Of a stretch of DNA of 64,000 nt, positions 25,385 to 39,546 are shown piece by piece (position 1 is the first letter of the stretch; each line of letters starts with the position of its first letter). Position numbers and translations under genes: made by a program. Under the pieces are notes generated by a model. The model saw only the letters and a program-made list of their open reading frames with translations. It had not been told where the DNA came from and did no database searches. The stretch comes from Eledone cirrhosa (taxonomy: Eukaryota), in the NCBI GenBank assembly GCA_964016885.1, contig OZ024743.1, forward strand, positions 30,814,001 through 30,878,000. The letters run 5' to 3'.

Positions 25385-28300
25385 ATATACTTATCTATAA
25401 AAGGCAGATTGTTGTTGTGTGTGCGTGCGTGCATGCTCCATGTTTATACATTTGCACAATTTCAAACCGATTCGACTCAAAATGTATAAGAATTTTGTAA
25501 ATTGTCAAATGTAGGTCAACGACTATTTATTTATTTCAAAATCACCCACAAATACGGAAATAATCCATAAAACTAATACATGACGCTTTAACCATCTCAT
25601 AGAATCTGATTACCTCTCTCCACTCCCCTTAAAAATCGAAAAAAAAATACATGCTGCACCCTTCTCTTATATACGCTTATAAACCCACTCCTTACTAATT
25701 TCCTTTAGAGAGAGAGAGAAAAAAATAAAGGGGAGAGCCAGAGAGGGAGAGACAGAGACAAACGTTAAATACATGACGCTTTACCCCTCTAATACAAAAC
25801 AAACCCTTCACCAAACTTCACCATTGTCATCGATGCTGACAAAAGGCCTTCTGGGGAGCACGCACGCCGTTTTAACGCTCCTTCGTGCAATGAAGTGGCT
25901 GTATTTATCCATGGTGAACAGCACAATAAGCGAGACATAGTTCTTCAAAGCCGTGAGAGTGGTCTTCGAAGTATTAATGAGACACATCGTTCATACCACG
26001 CCCTGCAGTATCCCCTTCTTATTGTATACGGAGAAGCCGGGTACCATTTGGCATTCCTCAGCGCAAACCAAACGAGCCCACTGCTGCGACGTCGAAAACT
26101 GTTTCATGTATGGCTTTATACTCATACCGCTTCATGACGAGGCCTAACGATTTCAGCCCCCTGCACAGGTCACAGGAACTGTTTCACCAGTTTGCAGTTG
26201 ACATGGCTGCAAAGATGGAGTCGGAGAGACTGTGCTTCATAAAATAGAATCAGAAGCAGCTGCGCTCAGACTCCTACATCCATTTGCGTGACGGCATCAG
26301 GAATGACACTGACCCCCGGAACATAGGCAAAATGTGCATTCTCCCCTCAACCTATACGGGGGGTGGCGCGGTACATGCACGAGTGCACACAGGACGCTAT
26401 GACGTACGTTCGGCATTATGGGCGCCCCGATTTATTCATCACGTTTACGTATAACCCCAAATGGGTTGAGGTTACGCGGGAACTTATCCCAGGGCAGTAG
26501 TACTGCCATCGGCATGATATTCTTGCCAGGGTTTTCAGGCAGGAGCTGTCTAAGCTAATTGATCTAATAAAAAAAGGGAAGGTTTTCGGGCCTGTTAGGT
26601 GCCACATGTATACTGTTGAGTGGCAGAAGGGAGGGTGGCCGCACGGGAACATTTTGGTTTGGTTGGTCACTAAAATATACCCTACAGTTCTAGATGACGT
26701 CATCGCATCGGAAATACCGGAAGCCGTTGTTGACCGGCAGCTGTACGACATTGTGAAGACACAAATGGTGCACGGTCCGTGCGGTCCCGGTTTTCAAGAG
26801 TTCTACTCATACCACAAGGACCCTGTGTGCACTAAACGATACCCAAAGAGGTTTGTTGAGGAGACCGGCCTCAACGGATACCCATTGTACAGACGAAGGC
26901 GGCCTGAGAACGGTGGATTCACTATGACGCTACGGGGTCATCAAGTTGATAATAGGTGGGTTGTCCCGTACTGTCCATTTCTGATGAAAACTTTCAATGC
27001 TCATAGAAATGTGGGGTTCTGTCATTCAGTGAAGTCGATAAAGTACATATGTAAATATGTTAACAAGGGTTCCGATGCTGCTATGTTCGGCCTTCAAAAC
27101 GACAATAGCCGGGACGAGGTCTCAGAGTTCTTGGCAGGACGATATATCAGCGGCGGTGAAGCTTTTTGGCAGATATTCGGGTTTCCACTTCGCAAAAGGC
27201 ACCCCGCCATCATACAACTAGCGGCTCATTTGGAAAACGGCCAGAGGTCTTACTTTATTGTACAGACTGCTGCTCATTTGGCGGCCAATCCAAAAGAAAC
27301 AACTTTGACTGTTTTTTTACGCTTTGCCAACTTGACACATTTGCAAAAGACTTTCATATCCGCAGGTCCCGTCCTACTACGTGTGGTCAAACAACACATG
27401 GGCGCGTAGGAAATCAGGTTAGGATGTTGAAGTACATCCTGGTGTCAAGTTTGACAGTTGTCTAGGAAGAGTGTACACTGTACCTCCCAACCAGCATGTG
27501 TGTTTTCACCTGCGCCTTCTTCTCCATTAGGTTTCTTGGCCCACAAAGCTTTCGAGACATAAGAAATGTTTATGGTGAATTATGTGGTACTTTCCGGGAA
27601 GCCTCCTTTTGGAGGATGATTCACAATTGGTCGCCACTCTGGCAGAGGGCGTTTTGTTGAAATCTCCTAAAAGAATAAGATCGCTCTTCGTTATTCTACT
27701 CCTATGGAGCGACTTGGGTGATCCGGCCTCTTTGTGGCTTAGCTGCAAATATTACATGTCTGAAGATTTCCTGCGTCACGCTCAGTTGCTAAACCCATCG
27801 ATGGAGGTCGGGTACTGTGACCTCATTTACAACAGGGCGCTGCTTGAAATCGAAGATACTGTTCTCGATGTGGGCGGTGTATGGCCTACCTTCCACAAAC
27901 CAGGAAGGCGCAAACACTCTGTCTTCGCATTTGCTGCGTTAGACATCTTATAATGTTGAGGAGCTTACCCTGTACATAGCGGAGAATGAGCCAAAGCTCC
28001 TTCCAGAACAGAAATTCGCTTACATATCCGTTGTTAATTCTGTCCGGGACAAAGCTGGGGAGATCTTTTTCCTGGACGCTCCTGGGGGAACTGGGAACAC
28101 TTTTGTCACCAAATTAATATTAGCTGAGATTAGGCGAACAGAAGGCATTGCCTTAGCTGTGGCATCATCTGGAATTGCGGATACTTTGTTGCCGGGCGGC
28201 AGGACAGCTCACTCATATTTCAAGCTCCCGCTTGATTAGCGAAGACTAAGACACCCACTTGCATTAACAGTAGACCTCGGATCAGGCAGAAGTGTTCAGA

Positions 28301-30091
28301 CGATGCAAGCTTATCGTTTGGAACGAATGCACGATGGCCCACAGAGGTGCCCTTGAGGCGCTAGATAGAACTCTGAGAGACATCAAAGACTCTACGGCTC
28401 CCATGGAAGGCATAACACTTCTTCTTTCAGAGAACTTCAGGCAAACGCTTCCCGTTATTCCCAAGGCGACTAGAGCTGATGCAGTACGTGCGTGTCTTAA
28501 GTCATCCGCATTGTGGCCCCTGGTGAAGACTCTGAAACTCCACAATAACATGCGTGCTCATATGCGAGGTGATATCGCATCAGAAGCATTTTCTCACACC
28601 CTTCTTGCACTTGGCGAACGCCAAACGCTCGGGGATGAAAAGGGTAATATTGCCATCGACTCACTTTGTACCGTTGTTAGTACGCCTTCTGATCTCAGGG
28701 ATGCAGTGTCCCAGATCTGAAAGCAAATTATCAGAATATCGATTGGCTTGCCCAAAGGGCTATTCTGGACCCGAGGAATAAAACTGTTAACCATATTAAT
28801 GATCATTCCTGGGGATGGCTACGTATATGTCTATCGATAGAACTCCTGACCCCAAGGACTATCCAATAGAGTTACTAAATTCCTTTGAGCCTCCCGGATT
28901 ACCTCCACATATTTTGAAACTTAAAGTCTCAAAATTTGGTTCCGCCGAAACAATGCAATGGCACACATTTGGTCGTTAAGTCCTTAGCTCCCAATCTGAT
29001 TGAGGCAACGATAATCACAGGGTGCGGTTGGGTCAAGGTTGTGCTCATACCGAGGATTGATCATTTCCCATCAGGAGCAGACCTACCTTTCACATCCCGG
29101 TCAGGCCATGCTTCGAAATGTCAATTAAAAAAGCGCAGGGGCAGACACTGTCTGTCGCGGGAATATATTTCGGGGGAGCCGTGTTTCTCTCATGGTCAGC
29201 TTTATGTTGGCTGCTCGCGTATCGGCAGCAAGAGTGATGATTTCGCGTTCGTTTCGCAAGGAAAAACAAAAAACATTGTGTACAAGGAGGTTTTATAGGA
29301 TTACGTCCTAATTTTAAAACGTTTTTATTTTTTTATTTTCTAAGTAGGTTAACCTTCACTGCAGTGCACTGGATACTCCGCAACATGGGTCGTACAAAGG
29401 CTGATTCTCGCGGCATTACAAAGCTTCGTTGCAACTCCGACCCTACTCAAATATCACGCGTTTCTCCTCACCAACCCCCGTTTGGTGGGCCTCAGAGGAC
29501 CGTCGACAGGTTAGTATTTCACATCCGTACGACTGTCAAAAGGTGAACAATGCTTTAATGACGGGATTTACATTTTTAGGCGGTTCCCTGCAATTACTTC
29601 ACACTTCACCAACACCTGGCCTCCGCTCAGCTCTATTTCCATCCCTCCGTCGGCACAGCAGCAGGCTTATCTTTTGCGTCCGACGTACATGATGCACCAA
29701 ACATACAATGACCCCACTTCCTCTTTGTTGGTTGTCATAATTCGACAATGTTTTCAGGCCGCTGTTTGCGGTTACCTCATTCCACCCCGTCCCCCGTTAA
29801 AACATTTCATGCAGAACAACTCCATCGCAGATATGTTGTTCGGCTGGCATCGTCTACGCGCGTGTTGCGCAAGTACTGTGAAACAATAAATTTCAACACT
29901 TCTTTGCACAGAGATAATACCAATAGGCGAAACTACAATTGTCACTGCTGGCGCAGCTCCTACTTCGGCAGCCCAGGTCTGCAATTCATTCAACCAGTGC
30001 CTGGCAGACAAAAAGTGCTGCCATAAAATGGGTGGTACAACCTAACTTTGGTAACATACTGAGCCCGAGCAACGCCGGGCTTTAATGTTAG
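25385..30091 (+). mobile_element. Helitron (decayed Rep/helicase), second family, both ends present
   Basis: HARRFNAP (25859), YHALQYPLL, VEWQKGGWPHG, KSIKYICKYVNKG, DAPGGTG, FSHGQLYVGCSR. 3' hairpin gcccg-agcaacgc-cgggc (30063-30080) then TTAG|T. 5' tctataaaaggcag near 25394. Confidence 0.93.
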
Positions 30092-31754
30092 TATATATAT
30101 GCTCAATCACCTCCCTAATATGCCACTTTCTGAACAAACCCTCCTAGTAACGTTCGATGTAGTCAACCTATACCCCAACATCCCCCACAACCTAGGAATA
30201 GAAGCTATCCAATTCTGGCTGGATAATTACCACAATGAACTTCCACAACGAATCAAAAAATAATTCGTGATAGAGGGACTCAAATTTATTTTGGAGAACA
30301 ATTACTTCGTTTTCAATAACAAACCCTACAGGCAGAAATCTGGGACCGCTATGGGAACGAAAAGAACCCCCACTTATGCCAACCTAGTCATGGGATACCT
30401 GGAAATGACCCTCTACACTAAAGTTCTAAACAAATTTGGAAACACTCTCCACTTACACATAGAAAGGAACTGGAAGCGATATCTAGATGACTGCTTCATC
30501 CTTTGGCACGAAAACATCGAGAAACTTAAATAATTTCACACCCTTATAAATGGGCTCAACACGAATATTAACTTCACGATGGAATACAGCCATCAACAAC
30601 TCCCCTTCCTCGACATCCTCATTAAGATCCATAACAAAAAAATAGAAACAGTCATATACTACAAACTCACAGACTCCAAGCAATATCTTCCTTTCAACTC
30701 TTGCCACCCTAGACACGTTAACATTAATATTCCCTACAACTTAACCAAGAGAATCTGTACTATAGTCTCCAATAAAAACACCTGCTACTTACGGCTACAA
30801 GAACTAAAGGACACACTCATAGGTAGGGACTACCCTGCATCACTAATTGACAATGGAATCCAACGTGCCCTAAAATTCAGTACCCAGGACCTTAGACACC
30901 CTAAAGTAAATCAACCGAAACTAAAAGCTCTTCCATACATCTCCACACACAACCCCCCCAACAATGAGGCCTTTGACACCATCCTCCAGAACATCCGTGT
31001 TGAAAAAGGACCATAGAATGAACCAAATCCTACGAACACACGATATCATAAAGAGCAAAAGACAATCTAAGTCAATGGAAAAGATCCTAACACATGCCAA
31101 AGTACTGCCAACCACAACAACGAAACCCACAGTAAAAAAATGCGATAGACCCAACTGTGGCATTTGCATCAACCTAATAGAGGGTTCGGAATTCTATTTC
31201 AAAGAAGGACAACGTTTTATAGTAAAACACAATTTCACATATGCATCGGAAAATCTAATATATGTATTAACTTGCTCAGGTTGTCGAGAACAATACATAG
31301 GCCAGACCAAAAACAGCCTCCGCCAACGCATGACTGCCCATAGATCCCAAATTAAAATACGGGAATACAGGAAAATTCTACTGAGTGAACATATTGATAC
31401 CTGTGCCGCCCAAAATCATCCCATCTTCAGAATCTTTCCCCTCTACAAATTTAAAGATAATGCCACCCACACCTAGCGCATCAGCAAATAATCTTACTTT
31501 ATTAACAAATACGGACCCCGTCTAAACACTTCTCCCTAAGACGAACCCACAACATACACACGTCAGCATACATATCTACATCAGCACACATCTCTACCCA
31601 CATATAAACACAATGACATACGTAAACACACATGTTCTATTATGCAACACAAATATACACCAATTTGCATACCTTTTGATGTCTATAGATATAAACGTGC
31701 CGACACACACACATACATAAACGCACACATGCATTGCACAGTGATGGGCACATA

Positions 31755-32195
31755 CATTTTTGTGCACAGGTATTCCAATACGGCAAAGCCTAATGAATTC
31801 CCCTTGCAATACGTGCAATCTGGACACACTCCAGATAATATTTGTACACAGGTATACCATTTCTGGACTCACTCCAGATGCATGTGTACAATTTGTGCCC
31901 AAGTGTACAATTTGTGCACAGGTATACCATTTCTGGACACACTCCAGATACATATTTGTGCCCAGGTATTCCAATACGGCAAGGCCTTACAATCTGAACA
32001 CACTCCAGATACATATTTGTGCAGAGGTATACAATTTCTGGAGACACTCCAGATGCATGTGTACAATTTGTGCACAGGTATACAATTTGTGCACAGGTAT
32101 ACAATTTGTGGACACACTCCAGATACATATTTGTGCACAAGTATTCCAATGCGGCAAGGCCTAACGGATCCCCCTTTCAGTACGTACAATCTGGA
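31755..32195. repeat. Complex minisatellite in the PLE 3' region
   Basis: Interleaved tttgtgcacaggtatacaa (19 bp) and tctggacacactccagat modules. Confidence 0.85.
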
Positions 32196-32577
32196 CATAC
32201 ACGCTCACACACACCTTGGTATTATGCCAATACTATATTTCATTTCACACCTTTTATTATTAAGGTTTTTGATGTTCTATTGAGAGAATCGATTTTACTG
32301 AAAATAATGTATAATGTACACCATTTCACCAGAAAAAAATTATGATCCACCCACACACACACGCATACATTCTCACACACAGACTCACATATATACACAC
32401 ACACATACACACGCGTACATTAACATACAAAGAGACATATACACACACACACACACACACTTCTCCGTATAAGACAAGAGCTGAAAAATATGATTTAACG
32501 TGTTAAAATATCCCCCACTCACTTACAGACACATTCCCACTGACCATCCCTCTACCAGGAATTACTCTGCTACACAC

Positions 32578-32618
<41 letters not shown>

Positions 32619-32981
32619 TCTTAATAGGCATTTGAACTGTCAACAGGCTGCGGTTCGCACACACATCCCTGCTGACCATTATCACAACAACGAACACTTT
32701 ACTAATACTACACACACACACATACACACATATTTGTTGTGAAAGAGTCATTTCTCAGTCAGCCGACACGAACCTACATTTGGCGCAAAATCAATTTTTT
32801 ACATTCACATGACCTCTACCGACCAATCAAAATTGTTTTGACCACAAGAATTTTTTCAACACGAATTGGCGCAAAACTTATTTTAATACCGATGGAGCCA
32901 CTTTTTTAAACATAAAAATAGGTAGAATTCCCAAAACGAATCAGATCAGAGCAAACATCACGGACGCTCTATCTCAAAATT

Positions 32982-33019
32982 ATTTTTGAAAAGCATTAGA
33001 AGTGCGCAACCGGTAAAAC
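32982..33019 (+). ncRNA. Variant HHR-like motif (U3-A8, C13)
   Basis: ttt UUGAAAA gcat-tagaa-gtgc GCAA ccgg UA aaa; same core at 14517-14555 (+) and 14429-14467 (-). Confidence 0.55.
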
Positions 33020-33126
33020 TTAAAACAAAAACTGAATACTAACCAATACAATTACTAATTCTCACTTATTCCTAATTAAACTATTTTTCACTGTGAACAA
33101 TTTGTCAGCATTTTCTATTCCGTTTA

Positions 33127-33169
<43 letters not shown>

Positions 33170-33172
<3 letters not shown>

Positions 33173-36100
33173 AATATCTTTAAGTCGTTTGGAAGCCTCG
33201 ACAATGCAAATGGGTAAATCTCCGGGTAACAAGATCCGGTGGTGGAGAGAGAGATGTAATTGGGTGTACGTTGAGATGCGTGGTGTGTATAAGATGTGTA
33301 GAAGAATGAAGGGAAGAGTATAAAGGATAAAATAAAAATAACAACACAAGAGAGAGTTACCTTGGGAGAGATTTAATAGTCCCTATATATTTCGGATTCA
33401 CATCCATCAACTGGGGTTTTTTCCGGGGTGGGGGAAAGGTTGTCTGTCGGACAGGTGCGAAACGCGTCCTCCGCTGTTTGTTGTTTTGAATATCTGAGGT
33501 ATTCGGCAGAGCGCTCGTGCGCGTGAAATGGGGTCGGTCGGGCAGAGGTCAGCGGCTGAATGAGGGAGTGGGGTGGCGCTAGCTGTCATCCATTCTCTGC
33601 CTGTTTGTTAAATGTTACTGTGTGTGTGTGTGCGTGTGTTGTTGCCTCGCTTGAGTGTGTGTGTGTGTGCGTGTGTTGTCTCGTTCCTCTGTATTGGCAG
33701 TGTAGTATGTTCGTATGGTGGAATGCTACTGTGTGTGTGTGTAGTTCTCTCGTTTGTGTGTGCGTGTGCGTGTGTTGTGTGTTGCTGCATCGTTTGTTAA
33801 CTTAAACCAGCCATCTCATTTCGCTTCTCTCTGATCGGTTGTTTATTTGCGGTTGCAGGCGTTTGATTAAAAGCGCTTCCCTGATACGTAACGTGCCGAT
33901 TTTTCTTTCAGTCGCTAGAATTGTGACAATGGGCCTTCCGTCTTTGTTTCCGCATTTGTCTATGTGTTTCCGGAAAGACGAGGCCCTGGTTTTAGTATGT
34001 TCCTGGATCCTCTATCTTATACACGACGTATGTGCGTAGGCAACAGTTCGCATGGCGTATCGGGCAGTCTCTGAGGGAGAATGCGTCAGTAGATTTCCCG
34101 GGTTTCCTGGAGCGGCATCTTTACAGGGAGGGGCCCGAGTGGGCCAGGTGGATGTCGAGGCCCTCCCTCCGTATAGCGTTGCGGATAGCGTTGGTGGTAT
34201 TCTCGCCCAGGTGTGGCATTTTAAGGAAGCACTTGCCTTGGGTTCCTCTCTGTCTCTTGTGTCTGGTGTCTCCTATTCTGTCTGTGATCGAGGTAGGGTA
34301 CCCGTTTGTCTCCAGCACCTCGATGAATCGCTTGGTATGAGTGACACCACCCGCGGGATCGCTGCATCTGTTTTTGATTCGCGCGATCTCGTTAGTGATG
34401 TATCCTCTGTTGGCAATGTTAGGGAGGGCGGACTTATAGTGAACGAATAGGTCCCTGCAGGCTGCCTTTCGGTAGAAGTTGCAGTGAACCCTTCCATGTT
34501 CCGTGATGTTGATTCGGAAGTCGAGGAGGGCAAGTGACCCGTCTTCGTTGGGGTGTTCAACACTGAAGTCAATGTTCTCGTTCGTGTTGTTGAACGTCTC
34601 ATAGTTTCTGTTCGCCGTGTCTTGGGAAGATGTGAGGATGAGGATATCGTCCACGTACCTTGAGAAAAAGTCTACGGCGTTGGGGTGGCAGGCGTTGAGT
34701 GACTTGCGTTCGAGGTTGTCCATGTAAGAGATCGCTAGCACACCTGATAGGCTTGATCCCATGGGCAATCCCGAGGTTTGTTGGTATGTTTGGTCAAGGA
34801 ATCCGAAGTAGGTGTTGTCGACGACGATGGATAGGAGTTGGTGGATGTCAGTGGTGGTGAGCCCGAATCAGTGTAGGTCGGTGGATTGGACGCGTTCCAT
34901 CAGTATATTGACGGCCGGGAGTGCCGGGACCGAGGTGTAGAGAGCGACTACATCAAGGCTGAAGGCATATCTGTTATTCCTTCTGGTGTCGGGATCCATT
35001 TGATGCAGGCACTTCAACACCTCCTCGGAGCTGTTAACGTGTCCCGGCAAGGTGTCTAAGATGGGTTTGAGTATTCTGGCTAGGAGCCATGAAATTTTGT
35101 AGAGTGGTCCCTCCACGCTCGATACGATGGGCCTGATCTTCAGGTCGGGTCCCTGTTTGTGTGTTTTCACGAGGTGGTAGAAGGCGGGTAGTCTGCTGTT
35201 CCTCGTGAGGAGGTTGTATCTCAGCTTCTTCGGGAGCTTCCGCCGGTCGCAGATGTTGGTCCAGGCATCGTTGATGAGCTCTTCTATCTGCGCGGGAGTG
35301 ATTCCCGTGACCTTGGAGTAGAGGTTGTCATCGTCAAGGTGTTGGAGGGCCAGGGTGTTGTAGGCCTCTCTGCTGATGACGCAGAATTATTTTCCCTTGT
35401 TGGAGGGGAGATAGATGAGGTTCTTCGATTTTAGGTTGGAGAGAGTGGTGAGTTTAGATTTGGTGAGGTTATGTGTTTGTGTGTGTGTGTGTGTTTGTGA
35501 AGTATATCCGAGATGGAGTGTTTTAGCCTGATGAGTTTAGTGTCGAGTTCGTGGTTGGTGGGTGGGGGGCGGAGTGGGGTGTCGGGCTGGTAAGTGGGGA
35601 ACTTGGGATGGGTTGCGTGGGCGCTGTTATTTTCTGTGGCGCTGTTGATGGCGGTCACCCATTTAAGTTGGTAAGCGGCTCGACAAAAGTTGGCCTCGAT
35701 GTTGAGTTTGAGTCTGTCTTCGAGACGTTGTGAGACGATGAACTTGGGTGCGAGGTGTAGGAGTTTCAGCTCGTCGCTCGTGAGAGTGCCGGTTAGGTCG
35801 GTGACCAGGTGCGTCCCATCGTTGAGGTATGGCTCGGTGTTGGTGGATGCGGCGGTGGCGGTTGTTAAGTTGTTGTTTGCCACGTGGTTCTGGTCCGTCT
35901 GTTCGTTAGTGTCGATGTTCTCGTTGTGGCGTTTCGACAAGATCCACTCATATTTTCGCTTGTGCCGTTTTTTCTGGTATTGCACTCTGGAGTGGTAGCA
36001 CTGGTCGATTGCTTTAGTGATTTTCAGGAGCAAGTCCCCGGGTTCTATTGGCAGTCGATGTGTCCTGTCTGAGAGTGTCCGCTTATGGACGTGTAATTGG

Positions 36101-36255
36101 CGGTTGAGATGTCTCAGGATCTGTTTAATACACGTGCGATGTATGCGGTTAGTGGTGTTTTGCAAAGCTGGTGTACGTAGGCTTACTGGTAAGTGGATGT
36201 TCCTGATGTTGTTGGGGATGACATCGTTTTTTAGGCAGCGTTTCAGGAAAATAAT
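33170..36255 (-). mobile_element. GC-rich PLE, decayed
   Basis: KTHK..IRPIVS, SLDVVALYTSVP, GLPMGS, SRYVDD, LALLD; endonuclease CPI..CC..VVYKI with the YIG segment deleted, then RIQEH...REALLIKRLQPQIN; decayed HHR at 33380-33416. Confidence 0.92.
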
Positions 36256-36259
36256 ATAC

Positions 36260-36331
<72 letters not shown>

Positions 36332-36440
36332 TATTATATGTATGTGTGTGTGTGGAAAAGTTAAACAGAATAACAACACAATCAGTATAGTATATGGAAG
36401 GAGTATATTAAGTAAACGATTGAAATAGCAGGAAGAGGGT

Positions 36441-36475
36441 CCTAACTTTACGGACGCAAGTCCTTCATCAGAAAG
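36441..36475 (-). ncRNA. Decayed HHR motif in a remnant at 36360-36995
   Basis: CUGAUGA a-ggac-ttgc-gtcc GTAA agtt ag; stem I poor. Confidence 0.4.
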
Positions 36476-37013
36476 AAGAATGAGAAATAATAAGATCGAT
36501 TGAAGGGTAGGGCGGTGTGGAATTGGAAGAAAATGGCTTTAGATTAAAATAACAGGTCCATTCAGGTTGACATCTCTTGGATAACCTTTGATGCTGGCGT
36601 TTTGTGTATGATATATATATATTTTCATTTTAGAAATATATATATTCATAAGATAATGGGAAACACTCACCGCAAGGAAGCTGTTAAGACAGCAAAATGT
36701 CATCAATAGCTGACGTCGTCGGATAAAATTTACTTCAAATATAGAAATCACAAGCTGGTAGTCTGTTGGCCCACACAAGGGAGTCTGAAATCTGATGAGA
36801 GTATTAACATGTTTGTTTGTCTGATATCCTCTCGTCCATTTTGTCTCTCTTCTACTTTCTTTCCCAATTGTACCCGAAGCCGCAATTGACTACATTGTGC
36901 TAATGCTGTTATAACAGCTCCCTTACGTTGGGTTGTTCCCGTTACCCTACTAATTCTGATACACTCGCGTTTCAAACTCGATATTTAAGATAACATTGCT
37001 TATATATATATAT

Positions 37014-37244
<231 letters not shown>

Positions 37245-37274
37245 GAATCAAAGAACTGTTCAAAACCTGATTGT

Positions 37275-37319
37275 GCTTACAGCTGTTTCCTCCAAAGCGA
37301 GGTTTGATTTCTTCGGAGC
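37275..37319 (-). ncRNA. Decayed HHR at the end of a pseudo-LTR remnant (37240-37890)
   Basis: gct CCGAAGA aatcaaa...tttggag GAAA cagctg UA agc; palindromic stem III. Confidence 0.65.
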
Positions 37320-37886
37320 GATTTATTAATGCATGGACAGTTATATGACCTTGTTTTCAGCCTAGAGACATACCGATACATATTCAAACATTGATACATA
37401 TTCAAACATTGTGGGTCAACATTCATTACAGAATTTAGAGTGGCAGTATACACTTCGAGATTACATTTATATTAAGAGGTACAATAAAAAATAAAAAATA
37501 CAGGTTAAAATACAACATGAAGATAAGCGGTTATATAGTGCAAATGTTATGTGTGGCACGCATGTGCGTCTTGTTTATATAGGGTGACAGAGAGATATGG
37601 GTGGTAGAGGCACTTAGGTAGGTAAATAAGAGTGTTAGGTTGGTAGATCTGGTGGCAAATTCTTTATATGATTGATATAGTCTGTGTGTGGAGAGATGTT
37701 ATAAGCATTAAACGTTATATTTCATATAACTGCTCTGTAAATCATCTGATGTTTTTACATTGAGCTACGTAACTTACTGGTAATAAGGTAGTAATACATT
37801 ACTGCCTACCACTATTTAGTGTGTGTGTGAAATACTTATAACTGCATAAGTTTTCGTATTTACATAACCATAAATAGTATAACTAA

Positions 37887-37928
<42 letters not shown>

Positions 37929-38089
37929 TGGATAACACATGATTGTTATAGGTAATCTAGTTAGAGGTTGTGAGTACTCTGTATTGTAGATAGTTTTAAC
38001 GGACGGCGTTGGTTGATTCAACAAGAGGTTTCCTTAGTTAAGAGGCGAGTCCTCGCGAATTCCTATGCAGGTTAATCTTGGAGTATTAA

Positions 38090-38265
38090 TAGTGAAAGAG
38101 TGAAGAATAACATGGTCAACAGTACAAAAAGGGCTTTATTTACAATATTAACAATATATTCAAGTGAGTAGTAATTTTAGACACCCTAATCTTTGAAACA
38201 TTTGTTAATACTGTAAATAAACCCGTTTTGTACTGTTGACCATGTTATTTTTAACTCTTTCAGTA
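38090..38265. repeat. Inverted repeat with ~70-bp arms
   Basis: tgaaagag..aataacatggtcaacagtacaaaa.. versus ..ttttgtactgttgaccatgttatt..ctctttca. Confidence 0.85.
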
Positions 38266-38754
38266 TATATATATATATTGTTAGCCAATAAAAATCTTTT
38301 GATGTTGTAGACGCTCTTGTGTTCTTTTTCATATATATATATATTTCAAAATGGAAAATAATTAACGTAAGATGTGGGAAAATAATTCAAACTCAATTAC
38401 AAAAAAAAAATCAAAATTTATCCACAGATTTTGTGAAATCCAGGAAAAAAACCAATAGAGACTTAACTCAGAATAAAATAAAGTTTAAATACTCATTCTT
38501 CAATTTGGAAAAACTACAAATGCTCTACATAATCTTAAAAATAATATTTCACGAAACTTTTCAGTGGGATTTGTCATGGTTGGAGTAGTTCCTCAGTAGA
38601 TTTCAAACACGATAACCTAAAGTTCCATTGCCAAAATATGCCTAAAAGGGAATTTAAAAGCAGGCTAGTTCACCTCGTGCGGAATTATGTATATATATAT
38701 ATATACATATAAATATATATATAAATATATATATATATATGTATATATATATAA

Positions 38755-38820
<66 letters not shown>

Positions 38821-38876
38821 TTAGTTATGTAATAAACAATATAAGATAATTATCTCATGTGGTTTATTACATAACT

Positions 38877-38954
<78 letters not shown>

Positions 38955-39024
38955 ATATGTATATATTTAGTTATGTAATAAACAATATAAGATAATTATC
39001 TCATGTGGTTTATTACATAACTAA
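38821..39024. repeat. Duplicated 58-bp hairpin unit separated by (TA)n
   Basis: ttagttatgtaataaac-N24-gtttattacataactaa at 38821-38878 and 38967-39024. Confidence 0.85.
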
Positions 39025-39104
39025 TAAGGTATGTAGCCTACATAGAGCACATTTCTTTCCTAAACATTTCCGACGGAAATACTTCATATATATGTATATA
39101 TATA

Positions 39105-39154
<50 letters not shown>

Positions 39155-39164
39155 ACTTACATAT

Positions 39165-39273
<109 letters not shown>

Positions 39274-39285
39274 TATATATATATA

Positions 39286-39320
<35 letters not shown>

Positions 39321-39327
<7 letters not shown>

Positions 39328-39484
39328 TTTGACCGTCAGTCAGTCCATGGCAACATTGAGAACCGAATAAATTAGATTACCGATATAAAAGACACAGAAG
39401 CGAACAACGAAAACCAACCAAACAGTGGGTGGTTTCTGTTATTAATTCTGGCAATTTTACACAAATATGACCCTCCCCAAGTAT

Positions 39485-39546
<62 letters not shown>

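Larger units (their letters stand above)
30101..33130 (+). mobile_element. 5'-truncated PLE (Neptune-like Cys linker) with long 3' region
   Basis: FDVVNLYPNI, QKSGTAMG, RYLDD, LPFLD; linker CDRPNCGIC; YVLTCSGCREQYIGQT...RMTAH; several stops; 3' end matches the 14.3-14.7 kb fold-back. Confidence 0.92.

Noticed and set aside
31755-32195. CRISPR-like array or repetitive protein
   Set aside because: No unique spacers, no cas genes, eukaryotic context; ORFs are by-products of the repeat.
34868-34870. In-frame TGA in the GC-rich PLE RT
   Set aside because: The same copy has TAA stops, a frameshift and an endonuclease deletion, so this is ordinary decay.
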